A stretch of DNA of 64,000 nt from the human T2T-CHM13v2.0 reference genome, Homo sapiens: the NCBI RefSeq assembly GCF_009914755.1, contig NC_060926.1; one strand, given 5' to 3'. A model generated the notes under the pieces. It made no database searches, had not been told where the DNA came from, and saw nothing but the letters and a program-made list of their open reading frames with translations. Positions 1 through 12,859 of the stretch are shown here, piece after piece. Every line of letters starts with the position of its first letter. Positions within the stretch are counted from its first letter, which is position 1. Position numbers and translations under genes: made by a program.

Positions 1-35
1 ACATTGTGCATGGACTATATTTTAGTCTTTATTAG

Positions 36-353
<318 letters not shown>

Positions 354-909
354 TATAATAAGCAAAATTCTAAGATGGCCTCTAAGAATCCCACCTGCCA
401 CCACCCCCAACTCTGGCTTCCTACATATCTTGAATAATCCTTTCCCTTGAGTGTGGACAGGGCCTGTGAATATGTTAGCACGGTCACTTCCCTGGTGATG
501 TTACGTTACATGGCAAAGACGATGGGATAATCACTCCTGAGATTATATAAGCCACTCCGGACATGAGGTAAGCTTCTGTCACAGCCAACTGGAGTGAGAT
601 TCTCCCATTGGCTTTGAAGAAGTAAGCTGCCATGTGATGAGAGGGCCACATTCTAGGACTCAAGGGCAATCTCTGGGAGCTAAGACAGACCCTGGGCCAT
701 GGCCGGCAGAAAAATGAGAGCCTCAATCTACAACTGCAAGGAACTCAATTCTCCCAACAATCTGAATGATCTTTAAAAAGAACGCCAAGATCCAAATGAG
801 AATTCCACACGGCCAATATCTTAATTTCAGCCTTGTGAGACCCTGAGCAGAGAACCCAGCAATGCCATGCCCAGACTTCTGACCCACAGAAACTGTGAGA
901 TAATAATCA

Positions 910-1300
<391 letters not shown>

Positions 1301-2564
1301 TTAATATACATAATAACCCTGACAATGTCTTCAGAAACACACATGGATACCCTGTTCCCATGGAGCAGATGACTGATAAAGCTACAAAACCTAAGAACAG
1401 ATGACCCATAAACATGAGGGTTTCTTGTACTACTATAAATAAATATAATATTATATTGAGTAGGTCTTTTCTGTCTTACATTCTTTTCATAGAATCTTGT
1501 AACAGAATAAACAGTGATTTTCATAAGGTCGCAGAATTTAAAGCTCACAAATGTAGTTCTAGCTCTGTGACATATAATCTTTTGTCATAATTTTTCCACC
1601 CATAAGCCAAAGAGTCTGGCCTTAAAACCATGTATGCTATCAAGCCCAGCAGGTGCCACTTTTGAGAGCCAACTCAAACAGGCATTCAGAAGGCAAATAA
1701 TCACTATGGCTCACCTGCTAAGTCTGCTCTGTTCACCACAAGGAGGGAACTCCATTAAATATTTAAGACAATCACTAAGAGAACACCCAGCAGGCAAACA
1801 ACTATGATTACTTGCCCCATAGCCCTCTCAGCAGGCATCTGACAGCACTTGGGATGGGGTTTACATCACATTAAAGACATCCCTTTGTAGCTCCTATCAA
1901 AAGGAAGACCAACAGTTTCAAAACTGAGATTTCAAAATAAGGATCATTCTCTTGCTGCATATCTTGGGCAGAGTTTCTAAGGACTTCCCTGAATTTTATC
2001 AAGATAGGAAAGACACAGAAATTAGAAATCTAGTTTCCCTTCATACCTTAACTGTATGCCTAAAGCAAAGCTTGATAGAGTAAATTATCTCTTACTAACA
2101 GAAAATACCCACTGGTGTCATGAATTCCCAAATTGGCAAGCTTCCTATGCTAGTCTGAATTGAACAAGAAGCTATCAAATGCACACAAGTGGGTGTATTG
2201 GGATCAGCACCAGCAGTTATCAATCTGAAGAATTCACAATATGGTCCATGGGGCAAGTCATTCATAAGTTGCTGCTGAAATATTTCATTCACATAATAGG
2301 GAACACCTCCCTATCCCACCAACACTGATCAGGAAAACCCATTTGGGCTTAATATGAACAAAAACTAAACCTCTATTATATTAAACCACAGAAATTTTGA
2401 AGTTTATCTATTACTTTAACTGATGCAGGGATTGTAAATGTAGTCATCAGGGCTATGTTTGAAATATACAAGTGCAACTGGCTTTAGCTATGTCTTAAGG
2501 ATTGGTGCGGCTTTAGCTATATGTTTCAAGGATTGGTGGGTTGCATAGGCTTGGGCAGTACAGG

Positions 2565-3150
2565 TATTACAGTAGGTATCTAGTCAGGAAGGAGCACGGC
2601 AGGAGAGGCACCCCCTGACCCCTCCACGAATGTCAGGTGACCATCAGGTGATGGTCAGGTGGTTGTTAAACTGTCTCTCTAAAATAATAATTGGCCACAG
2701 CCAGTGCCAACAAAAGGCAGTCTCCTGATAGATAGAAAAACCCTGAAACTAGTGATCAGTAGTGTGATGGTTAATACTGAGTGTTAACTTGATTGGATTC
2801 CAGGATGCAAAGTATTGATCCTAGGTGTGTCTGTAAGGGTGTTACCAAAGGAGATTAACATTTGAGTCCGTGGTCTGGGAAAGGCAGACCCACCCTTAAT
2901 CTGGGTAGGCAACATCAAATCAGCTGCCAGCACAGATAGAATATAAAGCAGGCATAAAAATGTGAACAAGTCAGATTGGCTTAGCCTTTCAGCCTACGTC
3001 TTTCTCTTGTGCTGGATGCTTCCTGCCCTCGAACATCGGTCTCCAAGTTCCTCAGCTTTGGGATTCGGACTGGCTTCCTTGCTCCTCAGCTTCCAGCCTA
3101 TTGTAGGACCTTGTGATCATATGAGTTAATACTCCTTAATACTCACATCC

Positions 3151-3198
<48 letters not shown>

Positions 3199-3750
3199 CC
3201 TATTAGTTCTGTCCTTCTAGGTGACTAATAGAAGTTGCTTCCTGATAAGATCTTGGGAGTTGGGCAAGCAGACTCAAGCATGTGCATTAAGAGACAAAAT
3301 GGCAGAGTTTAACTGGTATATGACCTTCGAGAAACATTCCGCTGGTATGGGAAGAATGCCTCCAGTAAGCATGCAGACAACTCCAGTAAACACACTACGT
3401 GTGCTCCCCTTCCAAGCGCTAGCAGGCCACTATGCATGCAGACAGCACACTCCAAGGGAAGAGCCAGGGAGAAGGAATGAAAGATCCTGGAAGTATGTCA
3501 ATGCATAAAATTCCAAGTCAAAGATCAAACAGCACACTTGATTTCTCAAGTCACCTGCTTGGCCCTCCTCCAAGTGTACTTTACTTCCTTTCATTCCTGC
3601 TCTAAAGCTTTTTTTAAAAAAACTTTCAATCCTGCTCTAAAACTTGCCACAGTCTCTTCTTCTGCCTAACGCCCCTCAGTCAAATTCTTTCTTCTGAGGA
3701 GGCAAGAATTGAGGTTGCTGCAGACCCACATGGATTTGCCACCACTAACA
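2565..3750 (+). mobile_element. MER50 solo LTR (ERV1), split by MLT2A1
   Basis: gaatgtcaggtgaccatcaggtgatggtcagg...aaaataataattgg matches recalled MER50 consensus; resumes at cttcctgataagatc after 3237; ends ...ccactaaca; 4-bp TSD cagg/cagc. Confidence 0.8.
2763..3232 (+). mobile_element. MLT2A1/A2 solo LTR (HERV-L)
   Basis: Starts tgtgatggttaatactgagtg; contains ggaaaggcagacccacccttaatctgggt and a (TCTA)n tract; ends cctattagttctgtc...ctaataga; 5-bp TSD agtag/agttg. Confidence 0.88.
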
Positions 3751-4384
3751 CAGCCAGCCCCCACATTTAATCATCTCCAATGTGCTTAGGAAACCTGGTG
3801 CCTGGATGTCTGGCCACTCTTATCATACTGCTGGGTCCTATAAGGGAGGACCTGGTGACTATATCTGCACAGTTTATAAGATATTTATGTAGGACTTTAC
3901 ATGTTGCAAACTAAGTGATATGTCCAAGACTCCTCAGCTCTTGAGCAGAGCAGATAGGACAAAAAAGTAGGTATGCTGGCCATGAGTTCATGTACCTGTG
4001 AGGAAGGAGAAAGGAAGAATGTGGTGACTCTGTTGCCTAGGCAGACCCTCAGCAGCTGATGCTCTCCCCAAGAGGATGCTAAAGGAAAGAGCACTGAATC
4101 AGGAACCAGAAGGCCCAGAGTGTTTTCTGTGCTCTGCCTTAAGAAAGCTGTGTGGTCTTGGCAGACCACCAGCTCCCCAAGTCTCCATTTCCTCCCCTGT
4201 AAGCTAAAAAATATCCAATATTTCTATTTACTGAAAGTTGATGTATCCATAGTATGAAATCCCAGAATAGGGCCAATCCATTTTGGGGCATTCTATCCCA
4301 GTTTCTGATGAATTGGGGTCAGTAAAAAGAATTCATTGCCAGAATTAGCCACTGAGCTATTGAGAAATTTAGAATAGATATTAG

Positions 4385-4815
4385 TGATAGAGGCAGGAGG
4401 CAGACAAAGGCGTAGACAGATAGAGAAGGATCTCTGGAGAATTTCCAACCTGCCCCACAAGTGTTACACCAGATGTTTTGTGCAGATAAGGGAACCTGCA
4501 CAGGGGGCTTACCTGGGCATGCCCACAGCAGACTAGAGGCCCACATGCACTGGGGGAATGGTGTGGAGCCACCAGAAATTCGGGCCTAATGCAGAGGAGG
4601 AGCCTGGCCTCTTCAGCTGGTGTGTAGTGGCCCTGGTATTCAATTTGGGAGGTGGAAACCTGCTTGCAGGACCCCCTCTCTTTGCTGAGAGGTTTCTTTT
4701 CACTTAATACATTCCACCCTCCTCACCCTTCAATGTGTCTGCCTGCCTAATTCTTCCTGGTCATGAGACAAGAACCCAGATTAGCTGACCTAAGGAGCAA
4801 AAAAATCCTGCATCA
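4385..4815 (+). mobile_element. MER61-family 5' LTR (ERV1)
   Basis: TG...CA bounded (tgatagaggcaggaggcagac...aatcctgcatca); contains gcagataagggaacctgcacagggggctt; followed directly by a PBS. Confidence 0.8.
4505..4524 (+). promoter_or_regulatory. p53 response element-like site in the MER61 LTR
   Basis: GGGCTTACCT GGGCATGCCC: second half-site is a perfect RRRCWWGYYY, first has a core G>A change, no spacer. Confidence 0.5.
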
Positions 4816-4818
4816 TTT

Positions 4819-4836
4819 TGGTGGCCTCTACAGGGA
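4819..4836 (+). other. Retroviral primer-binding site (tRNA-Ile-like)
   Basis: tggtggcctctacaggga begins 3 nt after the LTR end; 15/18 match to TGGTGGCCCGTACGGGGA, the complement of the tRNA-Ile 3' end. Confidence 0.7.
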
Positions 4837-6095
4837 CTTGTCAGAAGGGTGAGTAAAATGCAGACCCAAACATCTCTCTCACTTTTGTTTCTGAGCTTTC
4901 TTGTCCTCAGACTTTTTCTGAAGGCAGAGGAAACTGCCCCCTTCCCCACCCCATCATTCTCAGGCATTGGAAATGTCGGCCTCAGTCAAACCCAGTCTTT
5001 TCCATGGATTTTCCTTCATTTTTGGGGGAATGTATTGGCACCTATCTTTTCTTTTACAATATTAGGGGTGTTTCACCCTCACCCCAATGGTTGCAGGCAT
5101 GTGCACAGGACAGACAGGTGAGCAGTGGCTCCCTGCCCCACTCCCCTCCTGTCTGGGGCACACAGCCTGGGCCTGGGGTGGCTAGCTGGCCAGTGTTCCC
5201 CACCAGGCACCCACGCAGTCTTCCCTTCCCCTGGCCAAGGGGTCCAGCTCAGTGGGAGCCCCAGGAAGGAGACAGCAATGAAAGGTTTCTCTCCCTGATG
5301 AAGAAACCCATTGCATAAGAATAAGAGGTTTCTCCCCCAGGAATCTTCCCAGGCTTGCACCTAAGCTTTTTTTTCTTCCTTTTCTCCACCCTGTAGGCAG
5401 TTAATGCAGCCTTGCAGATATAGGGAGCTTTTCTATGCAAGAGTTTTTTTTTTCATTTTGGAAGGCATCTTGTTAGGCCAGGACCCAAATTCACAAGACA
5501 CCCTTTTTCTCTCCCTTGTTGGAGGAGAACCCAGCTCCTCAGCTTTACCTTAGCATTCAGCTTATGATAAGGAGGCAGCAGCCAGCTGCTGGCTGCAGTC
5601 TGTCAAGGTCTAAGGAACGCAAAGGTTATGACAACAGTGGAGACAGGGTGTATGTGGGTGAGTACGATATTCCCACCCTCTAGGCCCCTCTGTTAACGTG
5701 AGTGGAAGCTGCACTGACACCTATCGATAGCACCCTGTCAAGGTTGCCAGGACTTGAAGATATAAGGACAGAAGAAAGAAAAGAAACACCTCTTCTTTCT
5801 CTGCCTCATGTACCCCATATTTGCTGGGAAGACAAAGGAATTAGGGACACCTTATCCTGTCTTCCTAGCTGGGTAACCATTCATCTTTAGTCTGTACCTC
5901 TCTCAAATGCATCCTGAGGCAGGGGAGCTCCTTAGAGAAAATGCCTTCTTTTTCCTTTTTCCTCCTCTGTCCTCTCTTCACAGAGGGGTAATTGTGTCCC
6001 CCTACTACAGGATACTCCCCTCGGATGCATCCTCCAAACTGGGAAAAGTTAATTTCCCAGACCTTAAACTGCTTGGTCTAGAACTGAGCTGAGGG

Positions 6096-7616
6096 TGAGA
6101 GGTGACAGCGTGCTGGCAGCCCTCGCTTGCTCTTGGCACCTCCTTGGCCTTGGCGCCCACTCTGGCCACACTATAGGAGCTCTTCAGCCTGCTGCTGCAC
6201 TGTGGGAGCCCCTCTCTGGGCTGGCCAAGGCTGAAGCCAGCTCCCTCTGCTTGTGGGGAGGTGTGGAGGGAGAGGTGCAAGCGGGAACTGGGGCTGCGCA
6301 TGGCACTGGCGGCCCACCACAAGTTCTGGGTGGGCGTGGGCTCCGCGGGCCCTGCATTCGGAGCGGCCAGCTGGTGCCGCCGGCCCTGGGCAGTGAGGGA
6401 CTTAGCACCCGGGCCAGCAGCTGCAGAGGGTGTGCTGGGTCCCCCAGCAGTGCCGGCCCACTGGCGCTGCGCTCAAATTCTCGCTGGGCCTCAGCTGCCT
6501 CCCTGCTGGGCAGAGCTCGGGACCTGCAGCCTGCCATGCCTGAGCCTCCCCACTGCCGTGGGCTCCTGTGCTGCCCGAGCCTCCCCGACGAGCGCTGCCC
6601 CCTGCTCTGCAGCACCCGGTCCTATCGACCACCCAACAGCTGATGAGTGTGGGCACACAGTGCAGGACTGATGGGCAGCTCTACCTGTGGCCCCAGTGCG
6701 GGATCCACTAGGTGAAGCCAGCTGGGCTCCTGAGTCTGGTGGGGACTTGGAGAACCTTTATGTCTAGCTAAAGGACTGTAAATACACCAATCAGCACTCT
6801 GTGTCTAGCTCAAGGTTTGTAAATGCACCAATCAGTGCTCTGGGTCTAGCTAATCTAGTGGGGACTTGGAGAACCTTTATGTCTAGCTAAAGGATTGTAA
6901 ATACACCAATCAGCACTCTGTATCTAGCTCAAGGTTTGTAAACACACCAATCAGCACCCTGTGTCTAGCTCAAGGTTTGTAAATGCACCAATCATTGCTG
7001 TGTCTAGCTAATCTGATGCGGACTTGGAGAACTTTTGTGTCTATCTTGGGGATTGTAAATGCACCAATCAGCTCCCTGTAAAACAGACCAATCAGCTCTC
7101 TGTAAAATGGACCAATCAGCAGGATGTGGGTGGGGCCAGATAAGGGAATAAAAGCAGGCTGCCGGAGCCAACAGTGGCAACCCGCTTGGGTTCCCTACCC
7201 CAGTGTGGAAGCTTTGTTCTTTTGCTCTTTGCAATAAATCTTGCTGCTGCTCACTCTTTGGGTCTGCACTGCCTTTATGAGCTGTAACACTCACAGCGAA
7301 GGTCTGCATCTTCACTCCTGAGGCCAGTGAGACCACGAACTCACCTGGAGGAATGAACAACTCCGGACGGGAGGAACAAACAACTCCAGACGCGCCACCT
7401 GAAGAGCTGTAACACTCACCACGAAGGTCTGCAGCTTCACTCCTGAAGCCAGCGAGACCATGAACCCACCAGAAGGAAGAAACTCCAAACACATCCGAAC
7501 ATCAGAAGGAACAAACTCCGGACACACCATCTTTAAGAACTGTAACACTCACCACGAGGGTCCACAGCTTCATTCTTGAAGTCAATGAGACCAAGAACCC
7601 ACCAATTCCAGATACA
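6096..7616 (+). mobile_element. LTR12C/E solo LTR (ERV9), ~1.52 kb
   Basis: Starts tgagaggtgacagcgtgctggcag; GC-rich U3; tandem ccaatcagc repeats; ends ccaattccagataca; perfect 4-bp TSD aggg (6092-6095 / 7617-7620). Confidence 0.95.
6780..7240 (+). promoter_or_regulatory. LTR12 enhancer/promoter: CCAAT (NF-Y) array, GATA motif, AATAAAA TATA-like box, polyA signal
   Basis: Eight ccaat boxes between ~6786 and ~7116; agataa ~7138; aataaaa at 7147; aataaa at 7233. This is the established ERV9 LTR layout. Confidence 0.7.
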
Positions 7617-8064
7617 AGGGGAAGGGAATCCAGAAACCTGACGTGCCAGCAAAAGGGTAAAAGTTTCTTTTACCAGTTGGACTTTTGGCCTCTCCCTCCG
7701 TGTGCAAACCGGTAAAAGGAATGGTAAGGATCACTGTTTATATTCTCTGTAAAGTTTTGATTAATGAAAAAGGATTTATGAGTTTGGTCTTAAGCTGTAG
7801 CCAATCTGGTATGCTTTGCATGTCTTTCTGTATGGTTCTATCAGAAAGAGAGGTACTTTAGGACAGGATGTGGGTGTAGGACCCCATAAGTCCACTTTTC
7901 AAGTCAGCCCAGCAAACTGGTCAGTAACAAACTTTGCTGCAGGCTTGCATCTTGTTTACATCCTGGGGAGCATGACCTGTAACTACGTGGGAGTGCTTTG
8001 TTTTAGTCTGACATTTTACAATGGTGGCTCAGGTTCAATCCTGGCTTGGAGAATGGGTACTTTC

Positions 8065-8170
8065 TTTCTTTCTTTTTTTTTTTTTTTGAGATGGAGTCTC
8101 GCTCTGTCACCCAGGCTGGAGTGCAGTGGTGCGATCTCAGCTCACTGCAAGCTCTGCTTCCCGGGTTTAC
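8065..8170 (-). mobile_element. 5'-truncated AluY (3' end of right arm plus tail)
   Basis: T-rich tail then gagatggagtctcgctctgtcacccagg...gcaagctc (AluY-type); 17-bp TSD ggagaatgg/agtactttc at 8048-8064 and 8171-8187. Confidence 0.9.
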
Positions 8171-9071
8171 GGAGAATGAGTACTTTCAAGTTAATAGCTG
8201 TGTGACTTCTACCATTTGCTGATTTTCTTCCCTTCCATGAACAACTTCTAGATTCTCTTCTTAAATCTTCCCTTCTCTGAGCTACCCTTAAAGATTCTAG
8301 ATGTTGTAAAAACTGCTTACCTCCTGCTTTGAAAATACTTCGTACACTGGTAGTAAAGTCATAACCTTAATTGAGGCTTGTTGGTTTCACCTGTGAGGTT
8401 ACTTTTGGTAAAGTTCAAAAGCCAGAAATATTGGCTGCTTGACATGGCTAAAGTCAGGTAATAAGGGATTTAAAAGGACTTTCTTAAGGAGTGCTCAGCT
8501 TAATTAAAAGCAGATACCCAAGTATGTTTAAAGGACCTTTACGGTTTTTTTCCCTTCTTGAATCTTGTTTTTCTGGAAAAAGGTTTCTTCTCAGTTGATT
8601 GAATTATTTTTCTCTATTTTGTCTTGCCACTCTTAAGGCACACATGAGAGGCCCTAAAATAATTTCTGATGGCCTGTGACTCCTTGGCAAAAACAGAAAA
8701 GGCACCACAGATCCCATTTTGTGAGAAACCTGTTTTCCTCATGGAACCTCAGAAATTAGAGGCAGGTAGATCCCTCTCAAAATCTGTTTTTGTCTTCCAG
8801 CCATACCTGTTTGTTAGGCCCTAGAAAATACAAGCTTTCCTAGCCTTGCTCTTAAAGGGCTCCACCCAGAGGCCAATAATCCAATTAGATTGGCAAATGA
8901 AAAATCTTACAACTACTAGATTTTCTTCTGTCTGTCTACATAATCATATATGTGTTATGTGTGTTATGTTTATAAAGAGCTCTAATTAATTGGTTTGAAG
9001 GAAAATAAGCACTTAAATGAAATATTTTTTTAAAAGAAAGACAAAAGCTGTAATACTTTTTAGTATTTAGA

Positions 9072-9295
9072 CTATCGTTCCTTCTCCAAAGAGGTAATTC
9101 TAACTGCCATTAGAATAGGGGCAAAGACGGATCTTAACTGCTTCCTGCTGACAGGGGGCACTATTTTGGGAAGATGGCAGTCAGATCTCCCCCAGAGGCC
9201 TAGCTAAGTGTCCCCAGTAAAAGGGAGCCATCGTCTGTGGTTCTGGTTGCATGACCGTTTGGAGTTCGATGGCCTACAGGGGAGAAGAGACTAAC
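9072..9295 (-). mobile_element. Inverted ERV1 env 3' end with polypurine tract
   Basis: Minus strand reads VSSPL*AIELQTVMQPEPQTMAPFYWGHLARPLGEI*, resembling the env cytoplasmic-tail motif FVSSRLQAIKLQ; then cagcaggaagcagtt, PPT ggagaaggaa and cgatag. Confidence 0.65.
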
Positions 9296-9814
9296 TTCTC
9301 TGATATAAAATCAGTCCTAACTCAACCACAATGGAAAAGTATATAAATGTTGACATCTGTAAATCATTTTCAGTGCTCCAGTCATATAACCAAGTTAGTA
9401 GTGTTCTACCTTACCAGAGGAGAACTGAAGAACTTTGAACTGTGAACTTTCCCAAGGAAAGGTAAGTCAAATTTCAAATTTAGTGTATAAAAACTGAGGA
9501 GAACTAGAGGGTAGTCAGTGTTAGGATAGCCAAGGGAGCAGCTGGAAAGGCACCCAACGCAGACTAGGACTTCATTTAAGGATTTAGGAGCCTCTAACCT
9601 CAAGAAGGAATAGAAAATACATGGAAAATGTAGCCTGGGGAAGAGAGTTCTAGGCAGCTACAGGGAGGTGGTAAGTTTGGGAATATAAGGTTTTCCTGCA
9701 GAGATCTGCAAAGATGATCTGACTGAAGTTGTAAATTAGACTTTGACCCCAGCCTCCCTGCCATCACCATGTCCTGGCCACAGACAATGGAGACAGCACA
9801 GGGCAGGATTAAGA

Positions 9815-10470
9815 TTATGGGCTGTGGAGTTTGAGAGGTAGTAGGACTGAATTTTTGTCTGCCTCCAGAGCCATAGAGCAGCTCTCAATTTCTGTAAAAT
9901 GGGAATGATGACATCTACTTCTCAGGGTTGAAGTTTAACTGTTCAGTTGTTATCATTACTAACCTATCCCCTGCTTTGTAGCCAGTGTGATCATTCTAAA
10001 ATATAACTCTTGCTTCTCCCCCATTTAAAACTCAATGGTTCCCCATTGCACAGAACAAATACTCCAATTTCTTAACATGCCTTTCAAAGTTTTTTGGTGA
10101 TCTGGTCCCTGCTTCCCTCTCCAGTTTCATGGATCATGGCCCTTCAGCCACATTAGATCATCTCACTTCCCCAACTCCCCATGCCTGCTCAGCTTTGCCT
10201 GGAACACACATCTCCTTACCCTTCCTCACCAAAAAAATGCCTCCTACTCTTCAGACTTCAGCTGGACAATCTTCAATAGGAAACCTTGTATTTAATGAAT
10301 GTGTATATTCAATATGTATATATGAGTATATATATAGAGAGTACACATATGTACATAGAGACATTATCAGTTCATGTGAATTTATCTGTATGATACTCTA
10401 CACTACCTTAGAATGTAAACTTCAAAATTGTTTTAATATATTCTGTATATCAACACAGTGTGCCTAGATA
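9815..10470 (+). mobile_element. MIR fragment followed by L2 3' fragments
   Basis: MIR core (ctgtaaaatgggaatgatgac); L2 motifs ctcaatggttccccattgc, tgatctggtccctgc and tagaatgtaaactt...cacagtgtgcct. Confidence 0.55.
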
Positions 10471-10841
10471 ATTAACATTAAACAATAATGCCAACCAATT
10501 TACTGTTTCTTGGGAGCAATTTTTATAAATATGGTAGTTGTTTTAGGGTCTATTGGGAAATAACTTTGTTATATACACTTTTCATTAAATAGTTCATAGT
10601 TTAATATAAAATATACCCAATCATAAACGAGCATCAGACTAAGGATAACCATCTTGCTACAAATCATGGTAGAGTCAGACAAGTTTTTCTAACTTAGAGT
10701 CAACAGTAGGCAATGCTAAAAATAAGATCACAGGGGAAGGATGCAGAAGAATTGCTGGTAAGTATTCCTTTTTGTGTTTCAACTGTTTTCAACAGTGCGA
10801 CAACTGAAACTTAGGATTGCAACCAGAGGGGCTCCTCTTAC

Positions 10842-10974
10842 CTCTGCATCAAAGCGCGGATCCTGGTAGGCATCACTGATGTTCACTGGAAGGCCTGTTG
10901 AAGCAACCAGCTCAGCAATGCTGTTATTTATTAGCCAGTCGGAGTATGATGATTTCTCCATGCTTTCTTTGAAA
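10842..10974 (-). CDS. PDE11A: PDE11A coding exon, 133 nt (GAF-B region: [44 protein letters not shown])
   Basis: Peptide recognised as PDE11A; GAF motif [11 protein letters not shown]; polypyrimidine tract and acceptor ...ctctgatag|TTTC; donor GAG|gtaaga; phase joins correctly to the 65-nt exon (AAC AG|T TTC). Confidence 0.97.
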
Positions 10975-12859
10975 CTATCAGAGCACCAAGGTAGGCAGGA
11001 AGAAAAGAGAGAAACGTAAGTTTTCTTGAAAGGAAACCCTATAAACTACACTAATATCAGGATAATCTGTCCTTATTAAGAAAAAATAAGTGACATTAGT
11101 CACAGAACAATAGCAAGGTAATTATCAGTAGCTACTTCGAAATGACTTACCTGCTATAATGTATAATAATTAAATCCATGGGCAGAAACCATAGATTCCC
11201 TATGATTCAGAGAGACTCTAGGCTGTATTTAGGTCCCAAAGCTGGCAAACACATGTAAGGACCAAAATTAACAATAAGACACCAACAACTAATAAAATTC
11301 CATCAACTTCCCAGCTTGCCCTTTTTAATTGAACAGACTAGATGTTTTGGCACAAGGAAGAATGAAACCCAAGTAGGGAAAAATCAGGAAGTAAATTGGG
11401 AATTTAAAAAATTACAAATGCAGCAAAAGAATGTATCTAGACTACGGTCTTTTAATTAGTAATTATTTGAAAAACAATTTTACTATCTTAGTCATTATTT
11501 TGATAACATTAATATTTTAATAACTTTTAGTATCTTAGTTAACTATTTTGGTAATTTTAGATTATGTTTCTTAACAATAGCCCATATACCACTTACAAAA
11601 TCTCACTTAAAAGGCTATTTAATGCAACAGACCCTTAACATTAATAATTAAAACTATTTTCATATTTAATTTGAACAAGGAATTTTATGCCAAATGATTT
11701 TTTGAACTTTCCCTTGTATCATTTTCATGACAGACACTACATAAACAGAAATGCTGTAAGAATTAGTTAATATCCCTCATTCTTCTCCTTTCCATCTTTT
11801 CTTCCACAAGTATATATTGAGCACTGCCAGGAGCCGTGGAAATACAAAATTGAGAACTGTTCAAATTAGTATTGGCAAGGAAAATTTTCCTGGAGGATGT
11901 CTGATTTGTCACTTGGCAAGTGATAACTGAAATTATGTGGATGGATGCAAGCATACTAGGGCAAGGTTTTCAAGCTGCCTTATGTGGAACCCTGGATTTC
12001 ATGAGATGTTAAATGAGTATACTACAGCAAGAATAATCATCACTCTATTGACTTTTTAATCTAAACTGCACTATATGTAAGAAAACACTAAATGTGCACA
12101 TCGTCTTTGTTATTATGCAATAATGTCCCTGTGTAAAATTATGCCATGTTGAGAAGGCAGGAAACTGCATGGAAAGGCCATTGGATGCATGAGTGAGTGG
12201 GACACATAGACATTATTTAACATCATTAATATATCTCATCTGTAATGATTGCTGGCCTGTGTCTGATAAATTCAGCATGTATTTGTAATGTTATTCATCC
12301 CTTATTGCATATTAAACATTAATAATACATAAACTTTATTCTCTATGGCTCTCTGGCTGAAAAATGGAAGTTTTAATAAAAAGCTGAGTCTTGTAGTTCT
12401 TAGATGGCACCTAAATCAAAGAAGTAAAAAGACTGAGTACTTCAAAGAGAAGAAGAAGCTTTATTTTCTAAAACAAATCAAAACAAAAGAACAAAAAAGT
12501 TTTTATTTTCTTTTTGCTGTTTTATATGCATCTCATTTCATGAGATGAAATTTTATGTTGTGCTGCAATGAAAGCAAAATCTAGGAGAAACAAGATAATG
12601 CACCTCACACAAAGATCTAAATGACTTAGTGAAGTCATTTCTAAGTTTATAAAAGGGTATGGGCTAAATTCTGACCTTTCAGGGATTAATTGGCTTGCCA
12701 GTTCATTCTGCACTGTGTACTTTATTCCACATTTTAATTTTTGAGGTGTTCTGTGATCACACCGTTTCGAAGCTGCTGACCTAGAGTGTTCTGTGGAGTG
12801 TGGGAAGCAGCGCTGCAGCAGGAGCTGGGGAGAGGTCTGGGCACAGAAGTAAAACGGTT

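Larger units (their letters stand above)
4816..9060 (+). mobile_element. MER61-type ERV1 internal region (degenerate), interrupted by LTR12 and a truncated AluY
   Basis: Follows the LTR and PBS; donor-like GG|GTGAGT at ~4849; MER4-group internal-type sequence continues on both sides of the LTR12 TSD; no intact ORF and no 3' LTR seen. Confidence 0.65.

Noticed and set aside
6095-7548. Overlapping 80-180-aa ORFs and CRISPR-like repeats
   Set aside because: These come from the GC-rich U3 and the tandem CCAAT/U5 repeats of LTR12; there are no unique spacers.
10779-10961. 60-aa ORF as a standalone protein
   Set aside because: It is the PDE11A exon read through its donor at 10842; the VRGAPL... 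tail is intron.
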